Below are positions 22,001-23,458 of a DNA stretch of 23,458 nucleotides, in pieces. Positions within the stretch are counted from its first letter, which is position 1, and the number at the start of each line of letters is the position of its first letter. The stretch is from contig CT868009.1 of assembly GCA_000165425.1 (NCBI GenBank), positions 248,001 to 271,458 on the forward strand. Direction: 5' to 3'. The position numbers and the translations under genes are program-made. The DNA is from Paramecium tetraurelia. Lineage: Eukaryota. The notes beneath the pieces are model-generated. The model had not been told where the DNA came from and made no database searches. It saw nothing but the letters and a program-made list of their open reading frames with translations.

Positions 22001-22780
22001 AATATGTCACATACTTCATCTAGTGCTCTTGATCTACCCTAAAGATACTTATCTTAGATTTAGAACAGAGACTTGGATGCAACTAATATTAGATACCTAA
22101 AGGCAAAGACTGTCCAGATCTAACCCTTTGAACTGGTTCCTGAAGACATATCAAATCATTTATAAAAATTGATCAGTGATATGAGTGAACAACTCTTAAG
22201 AGTTGTCGATAAACTTTATTGTCCTACTGAAAAATCTATGATTTAGGCACTTTCATAAAATATTAATTCTGACGGTTTTCAAAAATTATTAGAGTACGTT
22301 TAAGAAACTAAAATAGTCAAGGCTGATAATCTTGACCACCTAGAGTTTCCATGGTAGTTTCTCATTCAGCTAATCAATTGACTCCAGCACAACCTTAACC
22401 AATTGTTGATTCTTCAGATGATTTATATCTATCTGATCTCATTTACAAAGCATATGTTAATACAACTGTTCTAGTTTAATCAGCTATGACACCAGCCATC
22501 AAGTGGATTTATGAACACAATAAAAGAATAAACCATCATTCCAACCAAATTAGTTGAATATTGTTCATAATATATTGGCGAAGCTGTCACTTCAACCTAT
22601 GATTTCAACAGATGAATAGAAATAGAAGCAATTCACTTAAAGTCATGGTTATATTATCACCCTTTTCTGATTACTATTTGAAAATCGACAATCTCCCAAG
22701 TAACTGCAACTGAAATTGAACTTAAAGCTATTAAAGAGGGATGTACAAGTTGCATTGAACAGCCATATTTTAATAATTAA
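21953..22780 (+). pseudogene. Disrupted gene of unknown family
   Basis: ATG 21953 opens ~142 codons to TGA 22378-22380. Protein-like sequence continues in shifted frames ('DDLYLSDLIYKAYVNTTVLVQSAMTPAIKWIYE', 'IIPTKLVEYCSQYIGEAVTSTYDFNR*') with internal TGAs. GC content is visibly higher than in the flanks. Confidence 0.55.
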
Positions 22781-23458
22781 AATAATAAAATATTATAGCA
22801 ATTATTTAGATTATCTAAATTGGAATTACATAATTAAATAAATAAAAGGTACAAAAATTTTAATATGAGAATACATTTCAAAAGATAATTAGAATAGGGT
22901 CTAAATTTAATCTTTGTAAGATTATAATGTAGAAACTTATAAAAATTTATATAACACTCAATTCATGATTTTCAGCAAAATTAGAGAATAAAATTAATTG
23001 AAAATTATGTTTGTTTTAGTATTTATTTTTACTTATTATTAACACAATTTAAAAATATTTTTTATTTTGAAACCTAAGAAGATTCGATGTCATTAAAATT
23101 ATTATATGATAGAATAAAACTATGGATAAAAAATATTCAGGATTAGTAGGATTAATGTTTCTTTTACATAAATTAGTGATCGTTGCCTTAAAATTTATTT
23201 TAGTTTAAAGTCAAACAATATCCATATTTATTTTGATAATAAATATAGATGAGTATTAAAAATTAAATTAATTTAAAATTATTTTAAAAAATTTGGAATT
23301 GCATTTTCTTTAGATTTTTTCAATAATAGTGAAATAATTTCTTATGAAGCTCACTATGCAAATGGGGGTGCAAATATTAATTCGATTCGATATCAAAAAA
23401 AATTACACAGACGAAGAAATAAATGAATATACGTGTGTTGGCACCTCAGGTTAGTCGG

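Noticed and set aside
23344..23458. ATG-initiated frame open to the window end
   Set aside because: Only ~38 codons with no motif; with TGA as the only stop, frames of this length arise by chance.

Overview
AT-rich ciliate DNA, most likely a Paramecium somatic (macronuclear) assembly with three N gaps (4642-4791, 16728-17436, 21600-21750). Genes only read through if TAA/TAG encode Gln and TGA is the sole stop, and they carry 22-36 nt GT-AG introns. The supplied standard-code ORF track is therefore mostly antisense or off-frame noise. Hand translation gives five genes: (1) a 5'-truncated multi-pass membrane protein with a PAS-like domain; (2) a small degenerate Myb-like gene; (3) a 27-exon TPR gene with about one TPR per exon, an unassigned C-terminal domain and a polybasic CaaX tail; (4) a minus-strand Cys/His finger + coiled coil + TM + TPR gene; (5) a minus-strand MGNC-start pentapeptide + WD40 gene lacking a NACHT domain. 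Decayed pseudogenes (TLDc, WD40-like, arrestin-like, one unknown) lie between them. The locus around the last gap is assembled twice, and the two copies differ by a 47-bp TA-bounded segment with IES-like ends. The most speculative idea is a cluster of membrane-anchored repeat proteins acting as recognition receptors. No prokaryote-type system, CRISPR array or RNA gene was seen. Everything comes from manual reading; no database searches were run.
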